The notes below the pieces were generated by a model. It was not told the DNA's origin, did no database searches, and was given only the letters and a program-made list of their open reading frames with translations. From Antedon mediterranea (taxonomy: Eukaryota > Animalia > Echinodermata), in NCBI RefSeq assembly GCF_964355755.1, contig NC_092673.1:13984948-14048947 (forward strand): DNA of 64,000 bases, in the 5' to 3' direction. Both the position numbers and the translations under genes were made by a program. Shown here piece after piece: positions 38,340 to 51,449 of this stretch. Each line of letters opens with the position of its first letter. Position 1 is the first letter of the stretch.

Positions 38340-38640
38340 CGATTGTAGCAATATATGCACACTAATTATGCACTTGAGCCATTTTTGCCTATGTATATCT
38401 CTTAAACTATTCATTTTGTTACTTTGAATGTTGCAGAAATGGATTCAGGGTCAAAAGTTTTGCTAGGATAACAAGTTGTGATGTTCTAGGGGTTTCAGTA
38501 TAAAACCTATGTCCATTTAAATATCGCGATTGTAGCAATATGTACACACTAATTATGCGCTTGAGCCATTTTTGACCACGTATATCTCTTAAACTATTCA
38601 TTTTGTTACTTTGAATGTTGCAGAAATGGATTCAGGGCCA
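38340..38640 (+). repeat. ~188-bp tandem repeat; the first unit begins ~36083 and is split by the 36177-38339 insertion
   Basis: AAATGGAT(T/C)CAGG..CAAAA recurs at ~36083, ~38437 and ~38625. The intact unit shows the empty site ATATCGCGATTGTAGC at 38521. Confidence 0.8.
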
Positions 38641-39289
38641 AAAATTGTCTAAAATTGAATGTATTGAAAGCACTAGGATATAAAATGCTGAAATTATGAT
38701 CTTCCGAAAATTGACGATAGTACGTTTTACATTGAAATTGCTACAAATATACACAAAACGCCTACATTTCATAGTCATATTTGGACATGAAGGAATAAAG
38801 ACACCAAACTGGTATTTGGAACATAGCTGAATCATGCTTTGATAAACTTGTATGATGAGTTTCAACTTTTGGAATAATTGCCCACAAGGTCAAAGTTCAA
38901 AACGAAAAAGTAGTGATTTTTTGTATTTTGTGTCCCGAGTGACTTTTTGACACGCAGTGTACCCCTAATATGAAGTTTTAAAATGATGAACTTGTTTGTA
39001 TGGATATATTTCCTACCATATATTAATATTGTATAGGAAAAAATCAATTTACAAATGTATTTTCATATTTAAATAAGGGGTAAAAATTGCCGAAATTGTT
39101 TGAGACAAAATAAATTGGGGTCTCTAGGGACCAAAATCTCGGTGTACAGTGTAGATGTATTGTCGACATTATATCACTACCAAATACTACCTCTTATTCT
39201 TAATACTATGGGTGTCACTGTTAGTGTCAGATTATTTAAGACTATAACAATGGTTTAATTATATTTTCATGCTCCATACAAAAATAATT

Positions 39290-39660
39290 ATTACTTAGGT
39301 AAACATCTGTACACCATTTAATTATCCCATGTGGTTAGCCAAGGATGTACCATCAGTTTATGGCACTCTTTTCACACTTTCAAGCAAATTGAAGAACGAA
39401 TTCCCATCCTTAAAGAAAATTCATTATTTCACTGATGGTTGATTGTCCTGGACAATATAAAAATAAGTACAATTTTATTAACCTATGTCATCATCAAAAA
39501 GATTTAAAGTTGTCAGCTAAATGGCACTTCTTTGCCACAGCCTATGGTAAGAGTGCCTGTGATGGTATTGGAGGAACCATAAAGAGGCTTGTAGCCAAAG
39601 CTAGCCTGCAACGTCCATTGACGATCAAATTTCCAAGAGTCATGATACTGAATTAGAACC
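39290..39660 (+). pseudogene. Second Sola2 transposase fragment
   Basis: KIHYFTDG-CPGQYKNKYNFINLCHH...WHFFATAYGKSACDGIGGTIKRLVAKASLQRP. Confidence 0.85.
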
Positions 39661-40039
39661 ACCACAGGAAACATCACCTATAACATTGAATGTACAATAA
39701 GTACATTATCAGCCTTACATGGCAATAGTCATAAAACGACTTCATAATGGCAATAACATAATGAAAAAGGAAAATGAAAACATTGTCTTAAAGAACAATA
39801 AATAAGTAAAAGAGGAAAATAACAATTTGCTGATCTATACAATGCCTATATGATATAATAGGTCTATCTTGAGCCTGCTTACCTTAACAGTAACAGACCA
39901 ATCATGGAAACATTCCATTTATAAAAAATAGGTTTAAACATAATTAATAACAATGTCACGTTAAGTTATATACTATACTGTAATGACTTCCATTAAAACA
40001 GCATTAACTGTAAATAATAACAACAGTAATGTACTTCTA

Positions 40040-40150
40040 TAGACCCAAGTCTACCGCTACTCGCGGTAGTCTACCGCTTTTAGTACCCATCTACCGCGCT
40101 ACCGCTATCTCGACGTTTTCTACCGCATTTTGATTTTTTTACCGCATTTT
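40040..40150 (+). repeat. Orphan DNA-transposon end with subterminal CTACCGC repeats
   Basis: Six (C)TACCGC units and one inverted GCGGTAG. Downstream 40305-40790 shares blocks with 22745-22990. Confidence 0.45.
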
Positions 40151-41196
40151 CAAATTTCCCCATATTTTTGGACAAATTGATTTACGGTTACACCCAGGCT
40201 CAGCACAGGTCAACAATAGTCAAATAACCAGACAAAAGTGAGGCAGGATGTTGAAACAATGTCTATTCATGCAGTCTCCGTGGTCTATTATTGTATTTTT
40301 ACTGTGAATCAATCACGTGGTAACCGGAATACGCGATTATCAATTTTGGGAGGATCCAAGTTTTAACTAAATAAACGCTTTGATTACACAGTGGTTGAGA
40401 CACGTTTTTAATAGTTATTACATTTTTAAACACCCTCATAATTAATGGACCAATGTTGATCCGCTGCAAAGAACAACAGATCGCACATCGCACGAGGTTG
40501 TTGAGGCGGTGTTTTATTTGGTTTTACTGTACGATCCGATAATACGAACATGTTAAATGATTTAAAAGTCATGGATTCGCCAAGCAAGTAGGCCTACATT
40601 TAATAAAAATTTACCTAAGATTGTCGTAAGCTCTTTTGTTCAAACTTGTTATTTATATAGCAATAATCCACCCATTCCGGCATGCACGCTAGGCCTACTC
40701 CTCGATCGATTGATGTCGCTGGTGGGGAATTTCCCAGCGATAAGAAATCGGCGAAATAGCTCATAAACGGCCTACATTTCAATGTTATATAATTAATGCC
40801 AGTGTAATTACGTATGGATAAAACAATATAAAACTCAATGTTTTTCATCTGAAATATTATGTTAACTCGCGTAATGTAGCATAAGACGGATTCGGAATAG
40901 TTATTTCGATTGTTTTTGGGTTCTAAAATGGTAGCTAACTAGGGCCTAGAAGTAGAAGCCCTAGGCTAGGCCTAGGCCTGTGCCTAAAAAATAAGTAGTA
41001 AATTCTATTGGGCAATACTATCATGTGTAAATATTGTACATTATGTAATCTGGTACTTATACAATAATTAACTTTAAATGGTAAATTGGTGTTCAAACAC
41101 TCACCCAATATTCAAAATAAACGAACATTCTCCAATATGTACAGTACAGTCGATCAAATATAGTTTTTTAGTGCAATATGCCAAACTAGCACAAAC

Positions 41197-41324
41197 TTCC
41201 AATCAACGCGAACTTTAAAACTTAGTTCGGTAATGTAAACATCCAATCAACGCGAACTTTAAAACTTAGTTCGGTAATGTAAACTTCCGAACAACGCGAA
41301 CTTAAAACTTAGTTCGGTAATGTA
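41197..41324 (+). repeat. ~43-bp tandem repeat x3
   Basis: CAACGCGAACTTTAAAACTTAGTTCGGTAATGTAA repeated three times. Confidence 0.9.
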
Positions 41325-41791
41325 ATTATACTGTACATAAGTTAGCTTTAAATAAAGTCATATATTTTAATTTGTAACACTTGGAAATGACCAGCACTTC
41401 AGATGGCATAATCAGGAAAAGAGAATGAAACATACCCTAATATTGGCCCAGTCACCTGACCAAGGTTAATCCCATTGGTCAATCCTTGTTGCTGGGGGAA
41501 AAAAAGCAAAGGGTAAACTGGCCCTTATTGGTCAGTGTCTATAGAAAAAACAGAAAGCTCTCATGCATTACCACATAGTTTATGACATAATGACATTAAA
41601 CAGCAAAGGAAGTTCTAACAAAAAGATAAACAACTAATTAAAACTTGGGTTTAACAACAAAGAAAGGATTAAAAGATTATTCTACCACACTACAAAGTAT
41701 AGCAAAAATCTAATAAGGGTTACATAAACAAATTGCTAAGAAGCTCATTAGGCACAGGAGCCCTGGATAGCGTTATGAAGTCGTTAACTCT

Positions 41792-43374
41792 GGGCCTGTT
41801 TCTGCTGCATAAAAAATAACCGGTTAAAATGAACATGAATAAATTAAAATCGGTGTGACTAAATTAACTCCATTTTCTTGGCAGCAGAAACAGGACAAAT
41901 TTGTGGTAACCGGTTAAAAGGCAGCGCAAAATAACCGGTTAAAAACACCAATTTAAATCGGTGTTAGAACGCCGTTTAACCAGTTATCGCTGAGCAATTC
42001 TTAGCTGCAACACGAAATAACGGTTATTTGATTGACAGTTGTGACCCCGGGTCAGATACCGTCGCATACGATGTGTGTTTTCCTCGTGCTTTTGACAGTC
42101 GAACGAAGAAGTGAACATGTATGTGGATGAATGAAATCACAAGATATGTTATTCAGTTGTGGGGGGAGAGAAAGTACGGGGAAGGATAGCAGGCAATAGA
42201 AAAGAATCACAGATAATAAATAAGAGCATTTTTGCGAAAGTAAAAGAGGAGTTTGGGGTGGAGTTCCGGGGACTACCCAAGCTAAGCAATTTGAGGCGTT
42301 AGTACACGCTCGCAAAGGGTATGGATGGTCCTATATAAACACCAAAACGGAAACAAAAGGGACTCACAATGTTGCAAATACCTACCAAACGATAGTAGAT
42401 AATGGTTAATTAATTATGAAAACCCAAATTTTATAGCAAAAATCATCCGAATTTATGTTATAAACGATGAATTTAGCAACAAAAACTTAATCCAAACGAG
42501 CGTATTTATGGCACGCCCTTAGTGCCTTTAATAGGAGACAATGAACATTCTTACTTTGATCGTTTTACATAATATAATTTTTTAGAAAAACATTACATCG
42601 TCCGAAAACAAAGGTAATCAGAGCCTTTGATAATATATTAAATATGATTTTATTAAGCATAGAAATGTGTTATTATTTATGTTAGTACATAAATATACGA
42701 AATAATGTTCAATACTCATTATTTTATTAAAGGCACTATGTGCGTGCGATATTCTATGACTTGGATACTCTCGTTTGATTTAAGTTTTTGTGGCTAAACT
42801 CATCGTTTTTAACATAAATTCGGACGATTTTTGCTATGAAAGTTGGGTTTTCATAATTAATTAACAATTATCTACTCTCGTTTGGTAAGTATTGCAACAT
42901 TCTGAGTCTCGTTTTTGTTTCCGTTTGGTGTTTTTGTAGGACCGCGCTCGCGAAAGACAACAGTCGTTCACGTGGGAAGGGCCGTATGTCATCGCCTTTG
43001 TTGAGGATAAAAATTATCCTAGGCGATCGGGTGCTGCACGACCCTCCCCATCATGTTATTGAAGGCGCCATGAGAATTAATTTTATTAGCGATGTAAGTA
43101 GGCTTTATTTTTTTAACATGTTTGAGTGAGATGTTCGGCGATATACACACGTGTGTACTCACGACGTCGATGTAAACAAACAGCCAACTTACTACTTCCG
43201 TCTGAGTGTATTGCATTTTGGGTAATGATGACGTTTTGCTCGACGACCACCCATAGATTTAACCGGTTATTTCGGAGCACAAATTGAGCAGAAACGCGGT
43301 CTTGTTATTGTTATCTATTTTTAATCTATTTTAAAATAACCGGTTAAATTGCATTATGCAGCAGAAACAGACCC
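41792..43374. mobile_element. Non-autonomous PIF/Harbinger-like element
   Basis: TIRs GGGCCTGTTTCTGCTGCATAA / TTATGCAGCAGAAACAGACCC; 3-bp TSD TCT; repeated AACCGGTT subterminal motifs. Confidence 0.75.
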
Positions 43375-43604
43375 TCTGTCAGCCCATGGTCAGCCCAACT
43401 AATGTGTTTTTCCCAAGGACAACTTATCAATAACTAAACTTTGTCACCACCCATAAGTGTGCTGTTCATTTCCTATTGACCAATGAACACCAATGTAACT
43501 GGACCTGAGTTTCTTGCTATTCGACCTTGGGTACAAATTATACAATTAATTGATGTTAAGGCCACTGAATACTCCTTTCTGTATAGAAACACTTGACTGA
43601 ATAA

Positions 43605-46062
43605 GGCCATATAAAAAAAAAACAACAGCTGATCGTCCCCGCCCACATGCTTTTTTCAGGCCGCATCAATTTTTATTTTATATTTTATTTCGATATTTTG
43701 TATGAAACATTGATTTATGTTGTACCTTTGTCGAAAGCTAGGCCTAGCTCTTTCTTTTTTCGTGATCCACAGACGTCGGGAGCCATCGATACACATCGTC
43801 GACTGCGATAAATTTGAGGTCATACAGTATATATTCTTTGATTATAGGTCAGCGCTGATAGAGGTATCACTGCCGTTGAATGTATGAATATTTTGAATTT
43901 TACACTCCTCATGGGTATAATATTTTACATAAACGTCTGGATCTAATTAGAATTTTCACAGCCGCTATATGCTCGCTACTCCTTAAAAATGTTGCCGTGA
44001 AGCAAAAAACGACTGGATTTGGGGAACATTTACGATTGCTCCATCGATGCACCACATGTTTTCGGTTCTACCTTGTTTCTATCGCTATATTCTATACATT
44101 TGAGTTACAGTATACACTATTAATATTTATAATTATTGGTTCCTTGGTAGGCCTACTTTTTAGTCCTTTTATCAATTGTTACATAATAATTTGATCTAGG
44201 ATAGTAGGATACTGCTAGACTAGATAGTAGAACAACAACAACATGGTTTTTATTTGTATTTTGATTCGGACTGCAACAAAAATCGTGAACGGTAGTGGAC
44301 GGCCGACGTACTCTCGCAGATATTTTCTCTGATTTTCCCGGCGGCGAATTCGATCAAGGAGGACCGATAGGAGACCAATACCAAACTACGGAGGTGAGTA
44401 ATTGTTCGGTAAAAATGTTTATATAGAAGTAACAAAACTGTAGGCTAGCATATTGTCGCGAGAGAGTGTAGAGTTTGCCTATCCATAGAGGGGCGAATCG
44501 ACCCGGCTGGGTTGAAACTGTCTCAACCGACCACCATATATAAAGGCTGGATGTTTAAAACCGTGTTCGGGTGGGGAACAGACGATCGGGACCACGGACG
44601 ATCGGGCCCAAGACGATCGGGCCCAGAAAACGTGGTCCCAATCGTCATACTAGTTGGGCGCGATCGTCATACTAGTTGGGCCCGATCGTCCAGTGTTTTC
44701 AGAACCACGTTGGGCCCGATCGTCTTACCAGTTGGTCCCGATCGTCTTAGCGTTGGGCCCGATAGTCTTTTGTGTTATATAAAATAATGTGCCACATTTC
44801 ATCATTTTTCATTCCTAGTGCTCAGTGTCAACGTGCTTTTCTTGCGTACTTAAGATTTTAATTTAAAAGTTATAAATTATATTTTTTCTGATTTTATCAT
44901 AATTTTCCCCTATTTTCCCACAACTGGTTTTAAGAATTTCTTACCAATACTATACTCTCGATTTATGAATAAATGTGATTGATTTTGATTGTTATTATTG
45001 TGTTGTTTATATTCGCGTATTTATTTTTTTTTTATTTTCCCGAGAATGTTTGGGGCCCGATCGTCTTGTTTGTTGGGCCCGATCGTCTGGGCCCGATTGT
45101 CTTTCACCCTTGATGAGCCCGATAGTCTCACGATTTGGGCCCGATCGTCTTGAAGTGGGCCCGATCGTCCGTGGTCCCGATCGTCTGATAACCGTTCGGG
45201 TACATGACCCACGTCCTGTTTTAAAATATGTGTGTATGCATTGATATTCCCTCCCTCCTTGGATGTCATATTATCATTGTCATGTTCTGAATTCTTCCAA
45301 CACAACTGTATGAATTTACCATATATTTACCCCTACTCTTTTTCATTCTTTATTCTAGTGTGTGAAGAATGCCTCAAGTGGCGAGTATGTTATGCAGCAC
45401 ATGTTCTGAAGCGTGACCAAAGGCAGCTCTTGGAACGAGAACTGGACACACTGTCGTATTCATGTGGAACTTGTTTTCAAGACATCCTGGGAGAGGACGA
45501 TTCTATTTTCAGTATTGTTTTTGTCAATGACAAAATGACATGTGCCCTGCCTATCGAAGCAGCTTATAACATAACACTCACAGACCCCCTGTGCTTTTAT
45601 TGTGGAACTGAGCACAATTTATCAATTGAGAACATGAATTATCCACTTTGTAGTGAATGCAAGGAATCAGGCAAAACACCTAAAAGGAAAAACACTAGAG
45701 CATTTGTGCCACAGTAGGCTAATAATATCCAGAAGTTTGATATAAAGTCAAAGTGTACAAAAAGGACTTTTATTGTGACCCCCTGATAAAATTTTTAAAA
45801 AATGTGTATTTTAATATATGCTGTTCTGTATACTTATGTTTGTTTAGACATCTTACAGTACTTACCATATTTATTTGAATTGTCAGGAAGGGTGTATGTG
45901 AGGGGTGGGAGTGATTTTTATTCATAGCGGCGTGTTTATTCAAGAAAATACGGTAGTGAGTCGCCATCTTGGAAAAATAAAAAATAAAAAATAAAAAGAG
46001 CCTCTTCCTTCCTTTTTTTTATAAAACCAGGACGATCAACTGTTGTTTTTTTTTACATGGCC
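43605..46062 (+). mobile_element. Zator deletion derivative
   Basis: TIRs GGCCATAT(A)nCAACAGCTGATCGTCC / GGACGATCAACTGTTG(T)nACATGGCC; TSD TAA. Carries a Cys-rich transposase C-terminus (CEECLKWR...YSCG...CALPIEAAY...CFYCG...YPLCSEC, ~45350-45717). Confidence 0.8.
44573..45193. mobile_element. MULE-like MITE nested in Zator
   Basis: GG...CC ends, long TIR (CAGACGATCGGGACCACGGACGATCGGGCCCA), many GGGCCCGATCGTC subrepeats, 8-bp TSD GTTCGGGT (44565-44572 and 45194-45201). Confidence 0.85.
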
Positions 46063-47379
46063 TAATAAGAAAACCCTACAATAATTTCTACTACTACTTG
46101 ATATGGTGTTATACAAGAACTATATTAAAAGAATTGAATGTATGGAGAATGAAAAAAAAAAGTTAAATGTTATATGTAAAACATCACTTAGATGATATCT
46201 ATCAGATATATCATTTTCTAAACATTGTTTCATTAGTTATATCACGGAAAAATAAGTTAGTTATACATAAGTAAGTTATTTCTCCATGAAAGTTTCTCCA
46301 TTGTTATATTCACATCACATATATTTATATTTGGTTTTACACACGTAATATTTCATTAAGAATTTCATTTTCTGACAATGTGATTGAAAAAATAGCCAAT
46401 GTTTACTGTTGGACCTACAGAAATGATACAAATTCTCAGTTGATACCATATCAACAACATACCATATTCTTCAGTTCAAGTTTCAGGGCGACAATGCAAA
46501 CATCCCGCCAAAATTGTCCTTCTAATATATCTCTGTATTGCCAAGTAACACACGGGAAAAGAACAAATAAAAAACAAAAACCATTCAAAACAGACCTATT
46601 TCTGTTTTAAAAAAGATTGAAATGAAATAATTCTTTTTAGACACTGTACTGAATACTGTACTGTACTTGGAAACACGTACTTGATTTGTGATATCCTTCG
46701 TTAAAAATACAGTAGAACTTTTTTTCTGAAAGTGTCCCCTTAATAGGGGTTCTACTGCCCCTGGAACACTTCCTAAACAAACTTGTCCTCTTCATAGAGG
46801 TTTCGCAGAAAAAAACCAATACCGATACTGATCTGGACTCGGAAATTTAAAATGTAGCAGGCAACGTTTCACCAATGAAAACTTTCAAGACAGACAAAGT
46901 ATCATAATTATTATGATATCCATTTTTATTTAATAACGATAAATGGATATAATTATTTTGTCTTTTTTGTTATTTTGTGATGGAAAAAATATTGAGTGAA
47001 CATTGGCACTGAGCTTAAATGTTCCCCGTCCCCTTAATGTCCCCTTTATAGGAGTGTCCCTTCAGTAAGGATTGGCTGTTTCGCCCCTTAATAATAAATT
47101 ATGGTGTCCATCTTATGTCCTCTCAATTTTAATGTGCTACACCCGATAATAGAATACACATCTAGCTCGTGTGCACATTAAATAACCTAGTACATCTTTC
47201 GAGACGAGTAGGGGGTTACCCCGGTGTATTAGTACATTACAGCCACTGATCATCAACTGGGCCCTCTGGGAGACCAGTCTTTGACTGAAGAGGTTATCCA
47301 GTATAAATATATATTTCAATTCAATTCAATTCAATAGAATAACTGTACAGTAGGCTCCCATTTGATGCAATGTGTTATC

Positions 47380-48000
47380 CAATGTGCACAATTTGATTGT
47401 GCTACCCAATCCATGCTATCCATTTGAAATAATGTGCTATCCATTTGAAAGAATGTGCTACCCGATAATCCGTATAGATTAGAATAATGTACAGTACAAT
47501 TATATCCATTTGATTGTGCTACCTAATGTGCTATCCATTTGAAAGAATGTGCTACCCGATAATCCTTATAGAATAATGTACAGTACTATATCCATTTGAT
47601 TGTGCTACCCAATGTGCTATCCATTTGAAAGAATGTGCTACCCGATAATCCGTATAGATTAGAATAATGTACATTACAATTATATCCATTTGATTGTGCT
47701 ACCTAATATGCTATCAATTTGAAATAATGTGCTACCCGATAATCCTTACAGAATAATGTACAGTACTATATCCATCTGATTGTGCTACCTAATGTGCTAT
47801 CCATTTGAAATAATGTGCTACCCGATAATCCTTATAGAATAATGTACAGTACTATATCCATCTGATTGTGCTACCCAATGTGCTATCCATTTGAAATAAT
47901 GTGCAACCCGATAATCCGTATAGAATGTACAGTACAGTTATATCCATTTCATTGTGCTATCTATTGTGCTATCCGTTTGAACTAATATGCTTTCTGTTTG
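47380..48000 (+). repeat. Satellite array, ~86-94-bp monomers built of TGTGCTA(C/T)CC subrepeats
   Basis: About 6-7 monomers; CCCGATAATCC recurs at 47461, 47555, 47641, 47735, 47821 and 47907. Confidence 0.9.
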
Positions 48001-48860
48001 AAATAATTCAGGTTTTTTATTTTTAATATGCTTTGCTATCCATTTTAAACGTGCTAAACAAGTTACATATTTGTTGATATAAGTTTGCGGTACACCACGT
48101 ATATTAGTTCTGAAAAGAACTGTTGAGTTGCTCGACGTTTCGATTTACTCCAAAGTCAAAGTCTCCAAAGCTATTCCATCATGCCGTATTCGGGGAATCG
48201 TCCACAAGTGTTTTCTCAGAGCAGGGTATGTTCCGTATGGGGTTCTGTATGCTATTTTTTAATAATGTACAAAAAATATAATGAATAATTTAATCATATT
48301 AATTATCGGTATGTACGGAGAAAGCTCGAGCGGAAGTCAAGGGTTACTTTTGCCAACAAGACGAAGCGCGAAACAAATAAAAACGCAGCGCGAAACATCT
48401 GAAATGATATACAATTTCTTAAAACATAAAAACACAGAATATAATATTAATATAACTTTTTAATATTTCCAAGGGCTCGGACATGGAAGAAGGGCCTTAA
48501 AAAACTGAATTGCTATATGTTAGACCACATTTTCATAACTTTTCAAAACTCATCGAACCCTCTGCTAGTAGGCCTAATAATATAGGAGCGTATCGCCAAA
48601 TCATTAGAAAAAAAAAACATGGCATGAAGTAATTAATCAAACAACGGTCAAAGAATACCAACAATTTTAATTTAGGTTTCGATTCGTAATTACTACGGTG
48701 GTGGACTAAGCCTAGTTTGAAACTATAGTGACCATTTATTTTGGAAAGAAAGATAGAAAAATTTGTTTCCATGTTAATACCAAGGCACTTTTCAATAAAA
48801 AATTCTGGCCTAGTATTCTTGCAAGGTCGTCACAGCTCCAGTTACAAACGGTGATACAAA

Positions 48861-51445
48861 GGGTCTGTTTCTGCTGCATAACGCAATTTAACCGGTTATT
48901 TTTAAATAGATTAAAAATAGATAACAATAACAAGACCGCGTTTCTGCTCAATTTGTGCTCTGAAATAACCGGTTAAATCTACAGTACCGGACAGAATTAT
49001 TGCAGATTTTGAACGCATTCAACGCATTGTTAAAGTGTTGACAACGCGTTGAAACTGCGTTGTCCGTTGGCGTTGAAAGTGTTGAGTTCGTTGAACTGTT
49101 TATTCAACCAACACAATGTGTTGCGTTGAGTTTGCGTTGAAATAACGAACAATCGGATTCGTATGGTATTTACAGATTGCCAGTGTGTATTAGTAGTAGT
49201 AGTAATAGTATAAAATACAGTATTACAAATATTTAAGAAAACAAACATAATGTGTATTTTTCCGCGGAAACCTAGCTTAATATATTACACTAGGCTAGGC
49301 CTACTACTAACGAGTAGGCCCCGTGTGTATATGAGCCGCGTCTGCCATCGCAGTTAAAAGTAGTGGTCATGTCCTCAATTACTGTGTGCCTATATTAACT
49401 GGAGTATTAAATACCAAAGTTAAGGCGGCGGTGAATCTTGGAGGCTAGGTCACATCGTAATTAATTATTTCCAAACTAAAAACTTCGCAGTACTGTACTA
49501 CATTTTTCTCGATTATTTATAAAAACAACGTAGCCTACACCCGCCGCCATGGAAGGCAACAATACACCACCAACATAACGATCCAGCATGGTCGTCGTCT
49601 TTTTCACGCATGCTTTTCGTGACGTGAGGGACGAACTGATCGAAAGGTGAAGAGTTCATTCATTATGAAATAACGCGTAATTAAAAGGGAAAAAATCGTT
49701 TAGTTTTATTATTATCCATAAATATATCATTATCATGTATTATATTATAAATTAATTATTGTGATGCCTAACGTAACCCATGCAGAGAAAAGCGTTAAAT
49801 ATAATAACCAAGAAATAGGAATGACCAATTTGATGACAATAGGCAATGTTAGGCGTTTTCTTTAAAATCAAAACCTGTGCCATACCATATTATTCACGCC
49901 AAGGTGTAACCCACAAATATTTGAATAACCAAACAATTCAGAATAAAGAACCACTTTATTCTGATGCAAGACAATATATTATTACAGGCGAGGTTTAGGC
50001 GTTTTCTCTTTAACATACTATTGTTTTGTTTCTTAATATAATTATATTGGCCTCCTCCTGAAACTGTATGAATGGGATGGGAGTTGCGAGAATATGCGAG
50101 CGAACAGCCAACATTTTAATCAGTTTACAGCGTGATGCTTTTCAAAACGCGCAACGTGTTCAACGCTATGGGATTCAATTGTTTAACGTCGTCAACGAAC
50201 GGTCAACGGGTTCAATACATTCAACACGCTCTATTGTTAACGTATTCAAAACGCTTTTTGTACTTAAAAATGTAATGTTGTTCGATTTATAAAGATTTAA
50301 ATTGGTTCATGGGTGTCGGACACGTCAAATTTTTTAGTTCTTTCAAATTACATTACAACAAACAATGGGACAATTATAAAATAAAAACCAAAATAGAGAA
50401 ACAATATTTTAACTTAACTCTTGAATCTCGAACAGCTAAAAAATGTAGGCCTAAATAAAATTAATTACTTCGTCGTCATTAACGATCGTTAAATACGTCA
50501 TAACACACGTGGTGTTTTTCTTGAGGAAACCAGGGTGGCGGCCTCGTGTGTTGATGTCAGTAATTTCCACGTTGTTTGATTTTACGACGTGAGATCGTGT
50601 TTTCCCCCGGAAGGCCTACAGTACAGTGTTAACTGTTAGACTTGGCATCGACCTTATTATTCGATGTTTTCCTTCACTAAACACTGGGAAATATCACTGT
50701 GTGTTTTATTTGGTAACTGTCCGTTCAATACTTAAAAATATATCTAAGCTTCATATATATTTTATTTATATTAAAATATCTGGTAGTGACTGCCGATAGG
50801 TATTTTGCCTGTTGTTGTTACTGATCGTTCAGGCGTGCAACGGTGCAATCGGCCAGTCTAGTGCTGCAGCAGCTAGCGTTGAAATAACTAATTGTTTACT
50901 TGACATGCTGATAATGACTTTCGTTGAATAAACAACTAAACGTTGAAAGCCGTTCAACGCAACGCAAACACAACGCAACGACAACGTGTTGAATGCGTTG
51001 GGATTTTTGCAATAATTCTGTCCTGTACTGTATGGGTGGTCGTCGAGCAAAACGTCATCATTACCCAAAATGCAATACACTCAGACGGAAGTAGTAAGTT
51101 GGCTGTTTGTTTACATCGACGTCGTGAGTACACACGTGTGTATATATCGCCGAACATCTCACTCAAACATGTTAAAAAAATATAATGTTGTCTCCAGGTC
51201 TACAAGTTTTGTTTTTTTGTAAAGCCTACTTACATCGCTAATAAAATTAATTCTCATGGCGCCTTCAATAACATGATGGGGAGGGTCGTGCAGCGCCCGA
51301 TCGCCTAGGATAATTGTTATCCTCAACAAAGGCGATGAAATACGGCCCTTCCCACACGTGAACGACTGTTGTCTTTCGCGAGCGCGGTCCTACAAAACAC
51401 CAAACGGAAACAAAAACGAGACTCAGATTGTTGCAATACTTACCA
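48861..51445 (-). mobile_element. Second, inverted and truncated copy of the 41792-43374 element (interrupted)
   Basis: 48861-48981 and 51033-51445 are the reverse complement of ~42880-43374. Confidence 0.85.
48982..51030. mobile_element. Non-autonomous Tc1/mariner-like element
   Basis: TIRs CAGTACCGGACAGAATTATTGCA / TGCAATAATTCTGTCCTGTACTG; TA TSD; CAACG/CGTTG subterminal repeats. Confidence 0.85.
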
Positions 51446-51449
51446 TTTA

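Noticed and set aside
38900-38959. Possible CACTG-type terminus (…GACACGCAGTG)
   Set aside because: No partner end or TSD found in the window.
44573-45305. ORFs 44512-44787, 44975-45244 and 45021-45305, and a CRISPR-like look of spaced repeats
   Set aside because: Products of MITE subterminal repeats. Repeats are short, in both orientations and bounded by TIR and TSD; no cas genes; eukaryotic context.
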